A program made the position numbers and the translations under genes. The notes beneath the pieces are model-generated. The model made no database searches. It was not told the DNA's origin and worked only from the letters and a program-made list of their open reading frames with translations. A DNA stretch of 52,956 bases from Myxococcota bacterium (lineage in GTDB: Bacteria > Myxococcota > JACRCW01): contig JBFMGU010000042.1 of NCBI GenBank assembly GCA_040752415.1, forward strand, positions 1 to 52,956, given 5' to 3'. This document shows, in pieces, positions 19,001-26,447 of this stretch (the first letter of the stretch is position 1; every line of letters begins with the position of its first letter).

Positions 19001-19569
19001 TCGGACGGCGGGATGTCCGGGTAGTAGCGGTCGACGAGCCAGCCGAGGTCCACGTGGGAGATGTCCACCTCGCGCGCGTCCTCACTGAGCGCGGCCTGGA
19101 GGTCACCGCGCACCAGGTCCGTGATGCGCACCGTGTCCGTCTCGACGACGATGGTCTCACCATTCCCGGTCACGGACCGGACCCGCCGGGCAAATCCGAA
19201 CGGGTTGCCCCCCGGGTTCACCACCGAGGGCGCGGATGCCACCACACGACCCGGTTCCCACCCCAGCACGTCGTCATTGCCGCTGCGCGGGAACACCAGG
19301 GCATCGTCGCGCACGGTGACCGCGTCGGTCTGCGCTTGCGTGAGCGGCTCGACCCAGGGCTGCGGTTCCAGTCGGTTGAAGTTCGCTCCCCGCACGTGGA
19401 CGGGCGTGAACGGCTGATGGTCGCTGCCGGCCCCCTCCTCCTCGAACGGCTGGATCTGTTTCTCCGGTGGCGACTCCTGCTCAGGAGGAGGCTTGCTGTC
19501 GTTGCAGGAACAGGAACCGGCCTGGGCGGCGAGCAGCGCCACCAGGCCAAGAGAAACCACGCGACGCAT
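13084..19569 (-). CDS. Giant surface (lipo)protein, 2161 aa: N-terminal beta-rich domain, 9 Cys-rich ETDVDCGG-type repeats, 8 fibronectin-III-like repeats, C-terminal LamG-like domain
   Basis: SD GGAGG and signal MRRVVSLGLVALLAAQAGSCSC. Repeats C.D...N..ETDVDCGG.C (~16400-17820) and D..PP.PG...L.W..A.D...LEY...FAVLVRD..GN..LY (~13740-16400). LamG tail DRFG...WEHWVF..VYRNG...GSVDDVRVWSGALT. Confidence 0.85.
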   Translation of the reverse strand: MRRVVSLGLVALLAAQAGSCSCNDSKPPPEQESPPEKQIQPFEEEGAGSDHQPFTPVHVRGANFNRLEPQPWVEPLTQAQTDAVTVRDDALVFPRSGNDDVLGWEPGRVVASAPSVVNPGGNPFGFARRVRSVTGNGETIVVETDTVRITDLVRGDLQAALSEDAREVDISHVDLGWLVDRYYPDIPPSEAGMASDLLHMAEDPDEEPGRDLPVESGSSSVGQPLSWDDFVGAVETGFQVLRDAVIEGNVSFEGTLGQRFEKDFDYGVVDQKFRKEYTTRKSRAVFVVTAEGTARVDGTAVFDPEITYYISVPVRPGASPFAAGAAAAATFEADVNIEVDGEAQIESTDSRFAGDAYTAEIKNRFRKAILGKDVQPANGFRKVLYLSKPQVKTVYAGPVPVVIVTTKQVDLECGVLLNGGITARAELSAKGNVDFEVGYQSENGGEVTGPGYDLSWKWKTRGVTLRGKAEVACGLIPRFNVFLYDAVGLYAGVRTSLVGRVTYKETCPKDLMYSTAPDSTTRLSLLLNMGLRAGARAQIPTSSNAGRRAAEEGLEDSFEPWNKDWELWARKWEATGFGYCEGLCDNDQFDPSDETDVDCGNKCGSCAEGKSCDTEEDCDEGLYCSFKRCSTNHCGDGVQNGPETGLDCGGGCTGCADGKRCTVPTDCMSGFCITPRMVDGRLEPGVCTSDHCVDRRRNMDESGVDCGGRDCPKCADGKECVNPADCATPYWDGLFCVADGCKDNERTEALRETDVDCGGACGRCGVGQRCESRFDCAGGLVCAPAKLPSGAFDFTNRTCQQSTCTDNTQGGDESDVDCGGRCRPCPFNRSCRTDADCAEHVCRRLLDSYPFCAGPSCWDGVANGGETDRDCGGPCIHRCALGEGCLVNSDCDSGVCSTAHHTCVEHPDECFDGIKNGGEVDVDCGGRCRKCGPGERCFDGRDCAAGLPCRNVAGENRCGADTCDNGVKDPDEGDVDCSVLCGACAVGRTCRGPADCVSGACVGGVCAAFCLNDRMDSGEVGVDCAGVCDARCGTGMPCNVDTDCASGTCLEGACLPPDVRAPVPGGPLTIDDVTVDSVILSWEAAVDDRVAASRLEYRVVRADLPWLIASVPAADAATTVMDWTADVTTHVATGLTDVTRYAFAVLVRDPSGNKALYAPVDINTLDGTPPVPGTGITFTDVGATQVTLAWGAATDNGSSTSNLQYRVLRAASAEALDTLAEALVTTGAGIAADYATGVTQATVTSLEEARLHAFAVLVRDEAGNAQLYAPATVTTLDVTPPGPGNGLTFQAITPTSIRVSWGAATDNAPGTLEYQLVRAGAEADVDTVDEAAAAVVAAPYTADLTTFLVEGLPHEGPHAFAVLVRDASGNRGLYPPGTGYGVDVIPPVAGTALTFQRYPNAISVGWGGATDNRTAPEQLEYRLVRANTVAEIDTVGEAAAITGAGVVREWGREFYGGLAMSLPPSTPFAFAVLVRDAAGNTTLYPPDTSSTTSQPPVPGGDIVFTVVTDVMVELTWPPAGDDATGQGLLEYRVVRAATEFDLLTVEQAASAPDVVLDDTAAATTARATGLSPGTLYAFAVLVRDEDGNLSLYTAREQATFSEPDTTPPTPPAQAPVAASDSPNGFGVTWGEATDDRQPFTPEYKLVYSPVASDLDTLEEADAITDERLAMDWRSSFSEGLSWNVFGLTPFSTYTVAVLVRDGSGNKALYPLATVTTDGDSLPPRGYALYVSNQFVQDDQLHVRMADGYDDVTATANLQYRIVKGAASTDVDEVAEVAAAAPEDVLYDWGPLPDTVVSGLSPGTTYALAGVARDEALNVGDPVVVTATTADSTPPTVAAPVVRITGHAADHALTFTWEAAADNAPGTLSYAVYRSSNVNPPGLRTAFDEAAELTGTGLKLGDAIAPPSGTTWSFTGPALPPPLFGNAYHFNVLVTDVAGNQTAYAPVGELFSPVALALEWFFDAGSADAIAAGTPAGVVSGLPTPTVDRFGTAAAALSFAGQQADGVTSAAALGLGGASPRTLAFWFLPDGTNPEGVVVEWGDDAADGHMFGVYVGADQHLHFWGGGAVGFDTGETVGAGWEHWVFAFDGAAVTVYRNGAAIALGPTAVSLATPDAPLTVGRSTAAVTSPVGPCRGSVDDVRVWSGALTAPQVQRLHDATRP

Positions 19570-19876
19570 GCCCCCTCCAACGCAGAGGACCAGTTCTTTC
19601 CAACGATCGGTGTGTCCCCGATTAGTACACCACATTGACGAACTCAAGCAGGGCGCGGCGTGGCGCGGTTTTCGGTTGCGCGGGGCAACGCGGGAAGCGG
19701 CCAGGCCTTGTGACGTGGAAGTGCTCGGGGGGCGGTGTCGTCGGGATGGGCACGCCCGCGCGCCAGCCGCGTCGTCTTGCTCCGGTTGCCGCTCAGGCTG
19801 ACCGTGACGCCGCCGCGCATTTCCGGGCGGTTGGCCAGCGTCCCGGTCCGCATGGCGATAGTGTGCCGCGCGAACC

Positions 19877-21607
19877 ATGGTCACCCTCCGCCCCTATCAA
19901 CAGGACGCCGTCGACGCGGCGGTCCGCCACTTCCAGGCCTCCCGCGAGCCCGCGGTCATCGTCCTGCCCACCGGCGCGGGGAAGAGCCTGGTCATCGCCG
20001 AGCTGGCGCGCATCGCCAAGGGCCGCGTGCTGGTGCTCGCGCACGTCAAGGAGCTCGTCGAGCAGAACCATGCCAAGTACCTGGCGCACGGGCTCAGCGC
20101 CGGCATCTTCTCCGCCGGTCTCGAGCGCAAGGACCGCGACGAGAAGGTCATCTTCGGCAGCATCCAATCCGTGGCCCGCGCCGACGGGAGCTTCTTCCAG
20201 GGCTTCTCGCTCCTCGTGGTGGATGAGTGCCACCGCGTCTCCGTCGACGGAGAAACGCAATACGCCCAGGTCATCACCCGCCTGCGCGCCCAGAACCCGG
20301 CGTTGTGCGTGCTGGGCCTGACCGCCACGCCGTATCGACTCGGCCTCGGCTGGATCTACCAGTTCCACACCCAGCGCCGCCTGGTGCGCACCGAGGAGGA
20401 ACGCTTCTTCCGGCGCTGCATCCACGAGGTCTCGCTGCGCCACCTCGTCGAGCGCGGGGATCTCACGCGGCCGGTCCTGATCGACGCGCCGGTGGCGGCG
20501 TATGACTTCTCACGGCTGAAGCTGCGCGCTGGCAGCACCACCTTCGCCACCGCGGACATCGAGGCGGTGCTGCAGGACCACCGGCGCGTCACGCCGGGCA
20601 TCGTCGCGAACATCGTCGACCTGGCCAAGGACCGGCAGGCGGTCATGATCTTCACCGCCTCGGTGCGCCACGCGCGCGAGATCCTGGAGCTGCTGCCGCC
20701 CGGGCAATCCGCGCTCGTGGTGGGTGAGACCAGCTCCGCCGAGCGGGACGACATCATCCAGCGGTTCAAGGCCCGCCAGCTCAAGTTCCTGGTGAACGTC
20801 TCCGTCCTCACCACCGGCTTCGACGCGCCCCATGTCGACGTCATTGCGCTGCTGCGCCCTACCGAGTCGGTGAGCCTGTTCCAGCAGATCGTCGGGCGTG
20901 GGCTGCGACAGAGCCCCGGCAAGAGCGATTGCATCATCCTGGACTACACCGGCCAGGGCCATGACCTGTTCCGCCCGGAGATCGACGAGGATCGGCCCTC
21001 GGGAGCCGCGGTCGCCGTCGTGGTGCCCTGCCCCAGCTGCGGTCACGAGAATGAGTTCTGGGGCCTGGTCGACCGCGACGGCGACATCGTCGAGCACTTC
21101 GGGCGGAGGTGCCGTGGCGCCACGGTGGATCCGCGCAGCGGCGCACCGGTCCGCTGCACGTACCGCTTCCGCTACAAGAACTGCGGTGACTGCGGCGCGG
21201 AGAATGACGTGGCCGCGCGGGCGTGCGCCCGGTGCGGCGCGGTGCTCGTCGACAACGACCGCAAGCTGAAGGAAGCCATGGCGCTGAAGGACGCACACGT
21301 CATGCGGGTGGACTCCATGGCCTTCGAGCGCACGCGGGACCGCAAGGGCAACGAGCGCCTGGAGATCCGCTACCACGACGTCGACGGGCAGGCGCTGAAG
21401 GAGTGGTTCTACCTGGGCACACCGTCCGACGCGCGGGCGTTCCAGTACAACTTCGCGCGCATGCACCTGCGGCGTCCCGAGGTGCCGCTGCGCATCACGT
21501 CGGTGGATGACGTGCTGCAACAGCAACAACGCTTCCGCACGCCCACCTATGTGATTGCCCGGCGCAAGGAGCGCTACTGGCAGGTGCGGGAGAAGATCTT
21601 CGAATAG
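19877..21607 (+). CDS. radD: RadD (YejH)-like SF2 DNA repair helicase with zinc finger
   Basis: LRPYQ, VLPTGAGKSLVIAELAR, LAHVKELVEQNHAKY, DECH, GLTATPYRLG, VLTTGFDAPHVD, QIVGRGLR, CPSCGHENEFWG and C-terminal YWQVREKIF. Confidence 0.9.
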   Translation: MVTLRPYQQDAVDAAVRHFQASREPAVIVLPTGAGKSLVIAELARIAKGRVLVLAHVKELVEQNHAKYLAHGLSAGIFSAGLERKDRDEKVIFGSIQSVARADGSFFQGFSLLVVDECHRVSVDGETQYAQVITRLRAQNPALCVLGLTATPYRLGLGWIYQFHTQRRLVRTEEERFFRRCIHEVSLRHLVERGDLTRPVLIDAPVAAYDFSRLKLRAGSTTFATADIEAVLQDHRRVTPGIVANIVDLAKDRQAVMIFTASVRHAREILELLPPGQSALVVGETSSAERDDIIQRFKARQLKFLVNVSVLTTGFDAPHVDVIALLRPTESVSLFQQIVGRGLRQSPGKSDCIILDYTGQGHDLFRPEIDEDRPSGAAVAVVVPCPSCGHENEFWGLVDRDGDIVEHFGRRCRGATVDPRSGAPVRCTYRFRYKNCGDCGAENDVAARACARCGAVLVDNDRKLKEAMALKDAHVMRVDSMAFERTRDRKGNERLEIRYHDVDGQALKEWFYLGTPSDARAFQYNFARMHLRRPEVPLRITSVDDVLQQQQRFRTPTYVIARRKERYWQVREKIFE

Positions 21608-21615
21608 CAACGCCA

Positions 21616-21864
21616 TTGGGCGCGGCTCTATTGGGATGACGCCCTGGACTCCCTGCCAATGAGATTGGCAGGCATCAAGACGACAAGTCCTGCTCACCAC
21701 TCGCGGCGGTGTCGATTTCGCAGGACTACCCTGGAAGAGGCGTGCGGGCGACGAGGGACGACCGAGCACCGATCCACTCACCGACAGTCCTGCGAAACGG
21801 GTCCCATGGTCTCGTGGTGAGCAGGACTTGTCGTCTTGCTGCCTGCCAATCTCATTGGCAGGGA
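21616..21864. repeat. REPIN-like foldback element, family A
   Basis: 51-bp inverted arms 21650-21700 and 21814-21864 (1 mismatch), each containing a CCTGCCAAT-N3-ATTGGCAGG hairpin. Inner pair TTTCGCAGGACT (21716-21727)/AGTCCTGCGAAA (21786-21797). 21616-21668 matches the outer end of the 4-kb element at 47/53 nt. Confidence 0.9.
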
Positions 21865-22061
21865 CTTCGCAATTCGTTGGGCATTCGTTTGGCGCACGTT
21901 GGTGGGCGGTGTGGGCCTCGTGTGACCCAAACGCTCCGTGAGCACGCATCTTCTTGATTCCTCGTCTTGGCGCGCCCGTTGCTCGAGAGCAATCGCTCTT
22001 CGGGCCAGGGCTCGAAGACCAGGTGAGGCAGCGGGACTTTCCACATCAGCGGAGGCGGTCC

Positions 22062-24170
22062 ATGAGAGCTCTCAGTGGTCTGGTTGCGGCGTTGCTCGTC
22101 ACCCTGGGATCAACGTTGCCCACGCGCGCGATGGAGTTCCATCCCGTGGATGGGACGGGCGGCCTGGCAACCCAGCAGGCGAGCTGGAACGTGCAGGTCA
22201 ATGGCGAGGTCGCGTCCGTCGTCATGGAGATGCACTTTGTCGCTTCGGACGCCCGCGCGCACACCGGTGAGCTGCGTTTTCCGCTGCCCCCGGGCGCGGT
22301 GCTGCGGAAAGCGGAGGTCTGGATCCCGTCGGAAGCGCGCTGGGAAACCGCCGAGACCATGGGTCGGCGCGAAGGAGAGCAGGTGTATTCCGACGCCATC
22401 CAGGTGCCCGAGGTGAAGGAACCACTGCTCGTGCAGCAGGTGGGATGGAATGCGTACCGCGCACTGGTCTATCCCGTTTCCGCCGGCGACCCGCTGCGCT
22501 TGCGAATCCACTATGCCCACCTCCTCGAAGGTCTGGGCGCCTCGCGCACGCTGCGGATTGCGCTGAACAATCACGACGTGCAGGCGACGGACGCGGAAGA
22601 TGTGGTGGTGGACGTTCGGCTCGTCGACGGTGGCTGGTCGCAAGCGGTGTGGAAAGCGGAGTCCTACGTGGCGGACGAGGCCCTCGCCGACGCTGCGGCA
22701 GGCACGGCGCGGCTCACCGTGGTGGATGCCACGCTGAAGGACGACATCCTCCTCGAGCTGACCCCCGATCCCGCGCTCCCCGAAGCCTCCGCGCTCGTCT
22801 ACACCTCGTCACATCCCAGCGTGGAGCCGCACGTCCTGGCGCGCTGGGCCCCCAACCTCGAGCCCTTCGCCGCCGCAGAGCACCGCGAACCGGTGTTCGT
22901 GCTCGACATCTCCGGCTCCATGGCGGGACGAAAGTTCGAGGAGGAGAAAGAAGCGGTCATCCGTGCGCTCCACGACCTGGACGGGGCCGACCTCTTCGGG
23001 ATCGTCGCGTTCTCCGACGGTGCCCTGGCCCATGACGGCCACGGTGGGACACCTCCGCCGCCAAGCGGATGCAGCGACGCACCACCTGGGCCGGGCCCGA
23101 CGCCCACGAATGGCCGGATGCTGCGCGCGGAGGAGCGCGAACAGGGAATCACGTTCGTGAATGGGCTTTCGGCGGATGGCGGCACCAACATGTCGGCTGG
23201 GCTGGAGCTCGGCGTGGAGGTGGGCGCCAGTCATCCGGGTGAGCGGCCTGTCGACCTGGTGCTGGTCACCGACGGAAACCCGAGCGTCGGCCCCACAAGC
23301 GCCAGCGAGATCCTCCAGCGGGTGAAAGCCGCGGCGGCGCGTCATGACCGCACGGTGCGCATCTTCGCGCTCGGCATCGGGCATGACCTGGACCAGTCGT
23401 TCATCAACATGCTGGCCCGCGAGACGGGCGGCGAGGCCACCTTTGCCCTGTCGGACGGGGAGATCGCGGGACAGTTCCTCTCGTTGTTCGGGCGGGTGCG
23501 CAACAGCGGGCTCGCCTCGGTCACGGTGGAGCTGGTCGATTCGACGTCGCCACCGCTGGGCATTGCACACCTCCTGCCGGGAGCGGTGTTGTTGCTGGGC
23601 GGGCGAGGCAGCGTTGCGCAGACCTTGGAGGTCAAGCTCTCGGGCACCACCATGGACGGACAACCCGTGCAGCTTGGGGCCACGGTGACGTCGCCACCGA
23701 CGGGATCCGAGGGAGTCCACCTCGCCATTCCGGCGCTCGCCGCCAAAGCCCACGCCGACGAGCTGGAGCGACGCGCGGATTCCCAGGGGGAAACTCCCGA
23801 GCTGCTCCGGGATGCCGTGATCCTTGCGAAGACCTACGGAATCGTGACGCGCTATTCGTCGTTGCTGGCGCTGGATGACCCCACACTCTACGCGCGTTAC
23901 GGCGTTGACCGCATTGCGCGTGATGCCGCCGGGGTGGCAACCGAGGCGGTGACGGCGTCCGAGGTCGACGAGAGCCGCATCGGTGGCGAAGGCGGCACCC
24001 ACTTCGTCGGGGGCGGTTCATATGCCAATTCCGGGTACGGCGGTGGGAGCGGCTCGGGGGGTGGATGTTGGTGCGCGCCCCCTGCGCGAACGCCGTGGCA
24101 CGGCGTCCTGGCGGCTCTGGTCATCGGCTGGATTCTCGCGGGACCGCGTCGGCGCTCTTCCGGGAGGTGA
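22062..24170 (+). CDS. VIT + vWA domain surface protein (inter-alpha-trypsin inhibitor-like) with MYXO-CTERM-like sorting tail
   Basis: SD GGAGG, signal peptide, VIT (ELRFPLPPGA), MIDAS VFVLDISGSM / GGTN / LVTDG. C-terminus GGGSGSGGGCWC...GVLAALVIGWILAGPRRR. Confidence 0.88.
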   Translation: MRALSGLVAALLVTLGSTLPTRAMEFHPVDGTGGLATQQASWNVQVNGEVASVVMEMHFVASDARAHTGELRFPLPPGAVLRKAEVWIPSEARWETAETMGRREGEQVYSDAIQVPEVKEPLLVQQVGWNAYRALVYPVSAGDPLRLRIHYAHLLEGLGASRTLRIALNNHDVQATDAEDVVVDVRLVDGGWSQAVWKAESYVADEALADAAAGTARLTVVDATLKDDILLELTPDPALPEASALVYTSSHPSVEPHVLARWAPNLEPFAAAEHREPVFVLDISGSMAGRKFEEEKEAVIRALHDLDGADLFGIVAFSDGALAHDGHGGTPPPPSGCSDAPPGPGPTPTNGRMLRAEEREQGITFVNGLSADGGTNMSAGLELGVEVGASHPGERPVDLVLVTDGNPSVGPTSASEILQRVKAAAARHDRTVRIFALGIGHDLDQSFINMLARETGGEATFALSDGEIAGQFLSLFGRVRNSGLASVTVELVDSTSPPLGIAHLLPGAVLLLGGRGSVAQTLEVKLSGTTMDGQPVQLGATVTSPPTGSEGVHLAIPALAAKAHADELERRADSQGETPELLRDAVILAKTYGIVTRYSSLLALDDPTLYARYGVDRIARDAAGVATEAVTASEVDESRIGGEGGTHFVGGGSYANSGYGGGSGSGGGCWCAPPARTPWHGVLAALVIGWILAGPRRRSSGR

Positions 24171-24175
24171 AGAGG

Positions 24176-25042
24176 ATGCAACCCACGCTCACCCTCCTCG
24201 GCCACAGCGTCGACACCTACGCCGTCTTCACCGCGCTGGCCTACGTGCTTGGTCTCGGTCTGGCGGTCCTGCTCGGGCGAAGGGACGGGCGCCGTCCTGA
24301 CGACCTCGCGCTGGGCTCGGTGGTGCTGGTGCTGAGCTGTCTCCTGGGCGGCAAGCTGTTTCACACGCTCTTCGAGGCGCGAGGGCATCCCCTGCGGGAT
24401 GGCCGCGTTGCCAGCGGCACCTGGGACCTGCTCCGCGACGACCCGTGGCACTGGGCGCGGATCTTCGAGCCGGGCTTCGTCTTCTACGGTGGCCTCGTCG
24501 TTGCCACGGGCACCATGATCGTGTTTGCGCGGCGGCGTGGTCTCGACCGGATTGGTGCGGGATTTGATTGCGCCGCGCCCGGTCTCGCGCTCGGCATGGT
24601 CATCGGCCGGGTGGGCTGCTTCCTCGCCGGTTGTTGTCATGGCAGCGAGACGGCGCTGTCGTGGGGAGTTCAGTATCCCGCTCCCCATCCCATGGCGGGC
24701 GTCCCCGTCCATCCCGTGCAGCTCTATGAGTCCGGCTTCCATCTCCTGGCGCTGCTCCTGATGCCGCTGCTCTTCAAGCGGCGCATCTTCGAGGGTCACG
24801 TCTTCGTTTTCCTCGTCGGGAGCTACGCGGTGGCGCGCGCGGGCCTGGAAATGCTCCGCGGCGACGTGGCGCGCGGCCTGTGGCTGGACGGAGCGCTGTC
24901 GACGTCGCAGGGCGTGTCGCTGGTGATTGGCATCCTGGCGGTCGCGGTCCGCCTTCACTTCCCGCGACGGCGTGGCGACCGCCGCGCTCACCACGCGCCG
25001 CAGCCGTCGTCGTCGTCCGCCCGGATCCCGAACCCGGCGTGA
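24176..25042 (+). CDS. lgt: Prolipoprotein diacylglyceryl transferase (Lgt) family protein, GCFLxGCC subtype
   Basis: Multi-TM. GFVFYGGL, IGRVGCFLAGCCHG, WGVQYP, HPVQLYE, YAVARAGLEMLRGD. Starts 5 nt after the upstream stop. Confidence 0.88.
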   Translation: MQPTLTLLGHSVDTYAVFTALAYVLGLGLAVLLGRRDGRRPDDLALGSVVLVLSCLLGGKLFHTLFEARGHPLRDGRVASGTWDLLRDDPWHWARIFEPGFVFYGGLVVATGTMIVFARRRGLDRIGAGFDCAAPGLALGMVIGRVGCFLAGCCHGSETALSWGVQYPAPHPMAGVPVHPVQLYESGFHLLALLLMPLLFKRRIFEGHVFVFLVGSYAVARAGLEMLRGDVARGLWLDGALSTSQGVSLVIGILAVAVRLHFPRRRGDRRAHHAPQPSSSSARIPNPA

Positions 25043-25155
25043 AGCCCGCGTGGTTCAATCACAGGCAGCGTGGGATGCGTCGGAATGGTCCGCGTGTGTC
25101 GGCGAGGCGGGCGGACACCTGACGGGCTGCGTGTGGACAAATTGTCCCTTCCGTC

Positions 25156-25416
25156 GTGGCGGGCGAACACCTAACCCCCCTCGTTCATGCCGTTGCGCTC
25201 GCTCGCCCCCCTTCCCCACACCCGCTCACCGTCGTCAACCATTGCGGGGAAGGGGGGCACGCATTGGCACTGGGACTTTTTCTCGTCGGAAAGAGGGCTG
25301 CTGCGCCCATCGAGTGCCCCCCTTCCCCGGCTGGGTGACGACGGAAAATTGGTTCTGGGGAAGGGGGGCGGGTGGGCGCAGCGGGACAAACGTGGGGGGT
25401 TAGGTGTTCGCCCGCC
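25156..25416. repeat. REPIN-like foldback element, family B
   Basis: Outer arms GGCGGGCGAACACCTAACCCCCC (from 25158) and GGGGGGTTAGGTGTTCGCCCGCC (to 25416). Each half holds a GCCCCCCTTCCCC...GGGGAAGGGGGGC hairpin. Left end begins GTGG. Confidence 0.88.
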
Positions 25417-25432
25417 TCTCACCATGCGCAGA

Positions 25433-25791
25433 CTAATGGCGAACGCCAGCGCGCTGGTGGATGAGGGTGGCCAACCGCACGGCGTCGTGGGTGAGCTCCA
25501 CCGCGCGATGATGGTGTGCGCTGTGCACCGAGACACCGAACCAGTCGATCTCGAACAGGCAGACCCACTCCCACCACGAGCGCGAGCACTTCCCAGGGTC
25601 CGGGGCTCCACGTGGGGTCCATGGCGTTCCCCGGAATGTACTCCCGATGCCCTGGGCGGAAGCCAACCCGGGCGGAGCTTCGCTTGCCACACCGAAGACG
25701 GCCGCACGCCTCGCCAGGTGCTGAGTCGCGTGCCGAGGAGCGCGGCGATGTCGAGCGAGGGTTTCCAGCTGCACCAACGGACGTTGGCCAT
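25433..25791 (-). pseudogene. Possible frameshifted gene remnant
   Basis: Three consecutive minus-strand segments in different frames each show GC-rich third positions (..KPSLDIAALLGTRLSTW.., ..EYIPGNAMDPTWSPGPWEVLAL.., ..WVCLFEIDWFGVSVHS...AGVRH*). No family recognised. Confidence 0.25.
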
Positions 25792-25862
25792 CGCTTCGTG
25801 TTCATTTCGCTGACGACGCGGCTGCTTCGCGTTATCAGACCTGACCGCCTACGAGGTCGCGC

Positions 25863-26444
25863 ATGCTTCCCGGATTCACCCGGCTGGACTGGTCCGCCCC
25901 GCTGGACATCAACGCCGCCCTGACGGTGGTTCCCCCCGACGTCACCGTGCGCGGCATGTTTCCGCAGGGCGTGGTGGATGAGTGCGTGAAGGCGGGTCGA
26001 CCGCTGCCGGGTGGACGTCGCTACGTGGGCTTCAAGGGCTATCCGGTCACGGAGTTCATGGAACTGTGCGTGGAGGCGTCCGCGCTGCTCTTTCCCACCG
26101 CGCCGCCCCGCGAGCGCCTGCGTCGCCTGGGGCAACTGGCCTACCCCACGCTGCTGCAGTCCATGGTGGGCAAGGCGATCTTCGGCATGGTGGGCGGGAA
26201 GCTGGAAGCGGTGATGAAGCTGGCTTCCAAGGGCTACGAGGTCTCGCTGAGTCGTGGCACGGCCACGGCGGTGGAAGTGCAGGACGGCTCCGCACGGCTG
26301 CACTTCCGCGACATCTACAACTTCCTGGACACCTACCAGGTGGGTGTCGTCGAGGGAGCCATGAGCGCGTGCGGGCGCACCGGCGAGGTGTTCTACCGCT
26401 CCATCAGCCCCAGCGAGGGCGAGATGCTGGCGCAGTGGCGTTAG
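25863..26444 (+). CDS. DUF2378 family (myxobacterial paralogous family) protein
   Basis: TVRGMF, RRYVGFKGYPVTEFM, LRRLGQLAYPTLLQSMVGK, YQVGVVEGAM, ending in W. Size (193 aa) and motif order are typical of this family. Confidence 0.8.
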   Translation: MLPGFTRLDWSAPLDINAALTVVPPDVTVRGMFPQGVVDECVKAGRPLPGGRRYVGFKGYPVTEFMELCVEASALLFPTAPPRERLRRLGQLAYPTLLQSMVGKAIFGMVGGKLEAVMKLASKGYEVSLSRGTATAVEVQDGSARLHFRDIYNFLDTYQVGVVEGAMSACGRTGEVFYRSISPSEGEMLAQWR

Positions 26445-26447
26445 CCT

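Noticed and set aside
16180..19638. 1152-aa plus-strand ORF
   Set aside because: Antisense shadow of the giant FN3/Cys-rich gene; stop-codon scarcity is expected at this GC content.
19570..19884. Long N-terminal extensions given by the ORF track here and for several other genes (e.g. starts 5995, 12186, 21954, 24065, 34757, 42992, 45829, 45949)
   Set aside because: Downstream ATGs are better supported by signal peptides or lipoboxes, family N-termini, gene spacing and in most cases Shine-Dalgarno sites. The extensions look non-coding.
3970..25416. Intergenic repeats as CRISPR arrays or IS elements
   Set aside because: They are inverted, not regularly spaced direct repeats. No cas or transposase gene is present and no target-site duplication was evident.
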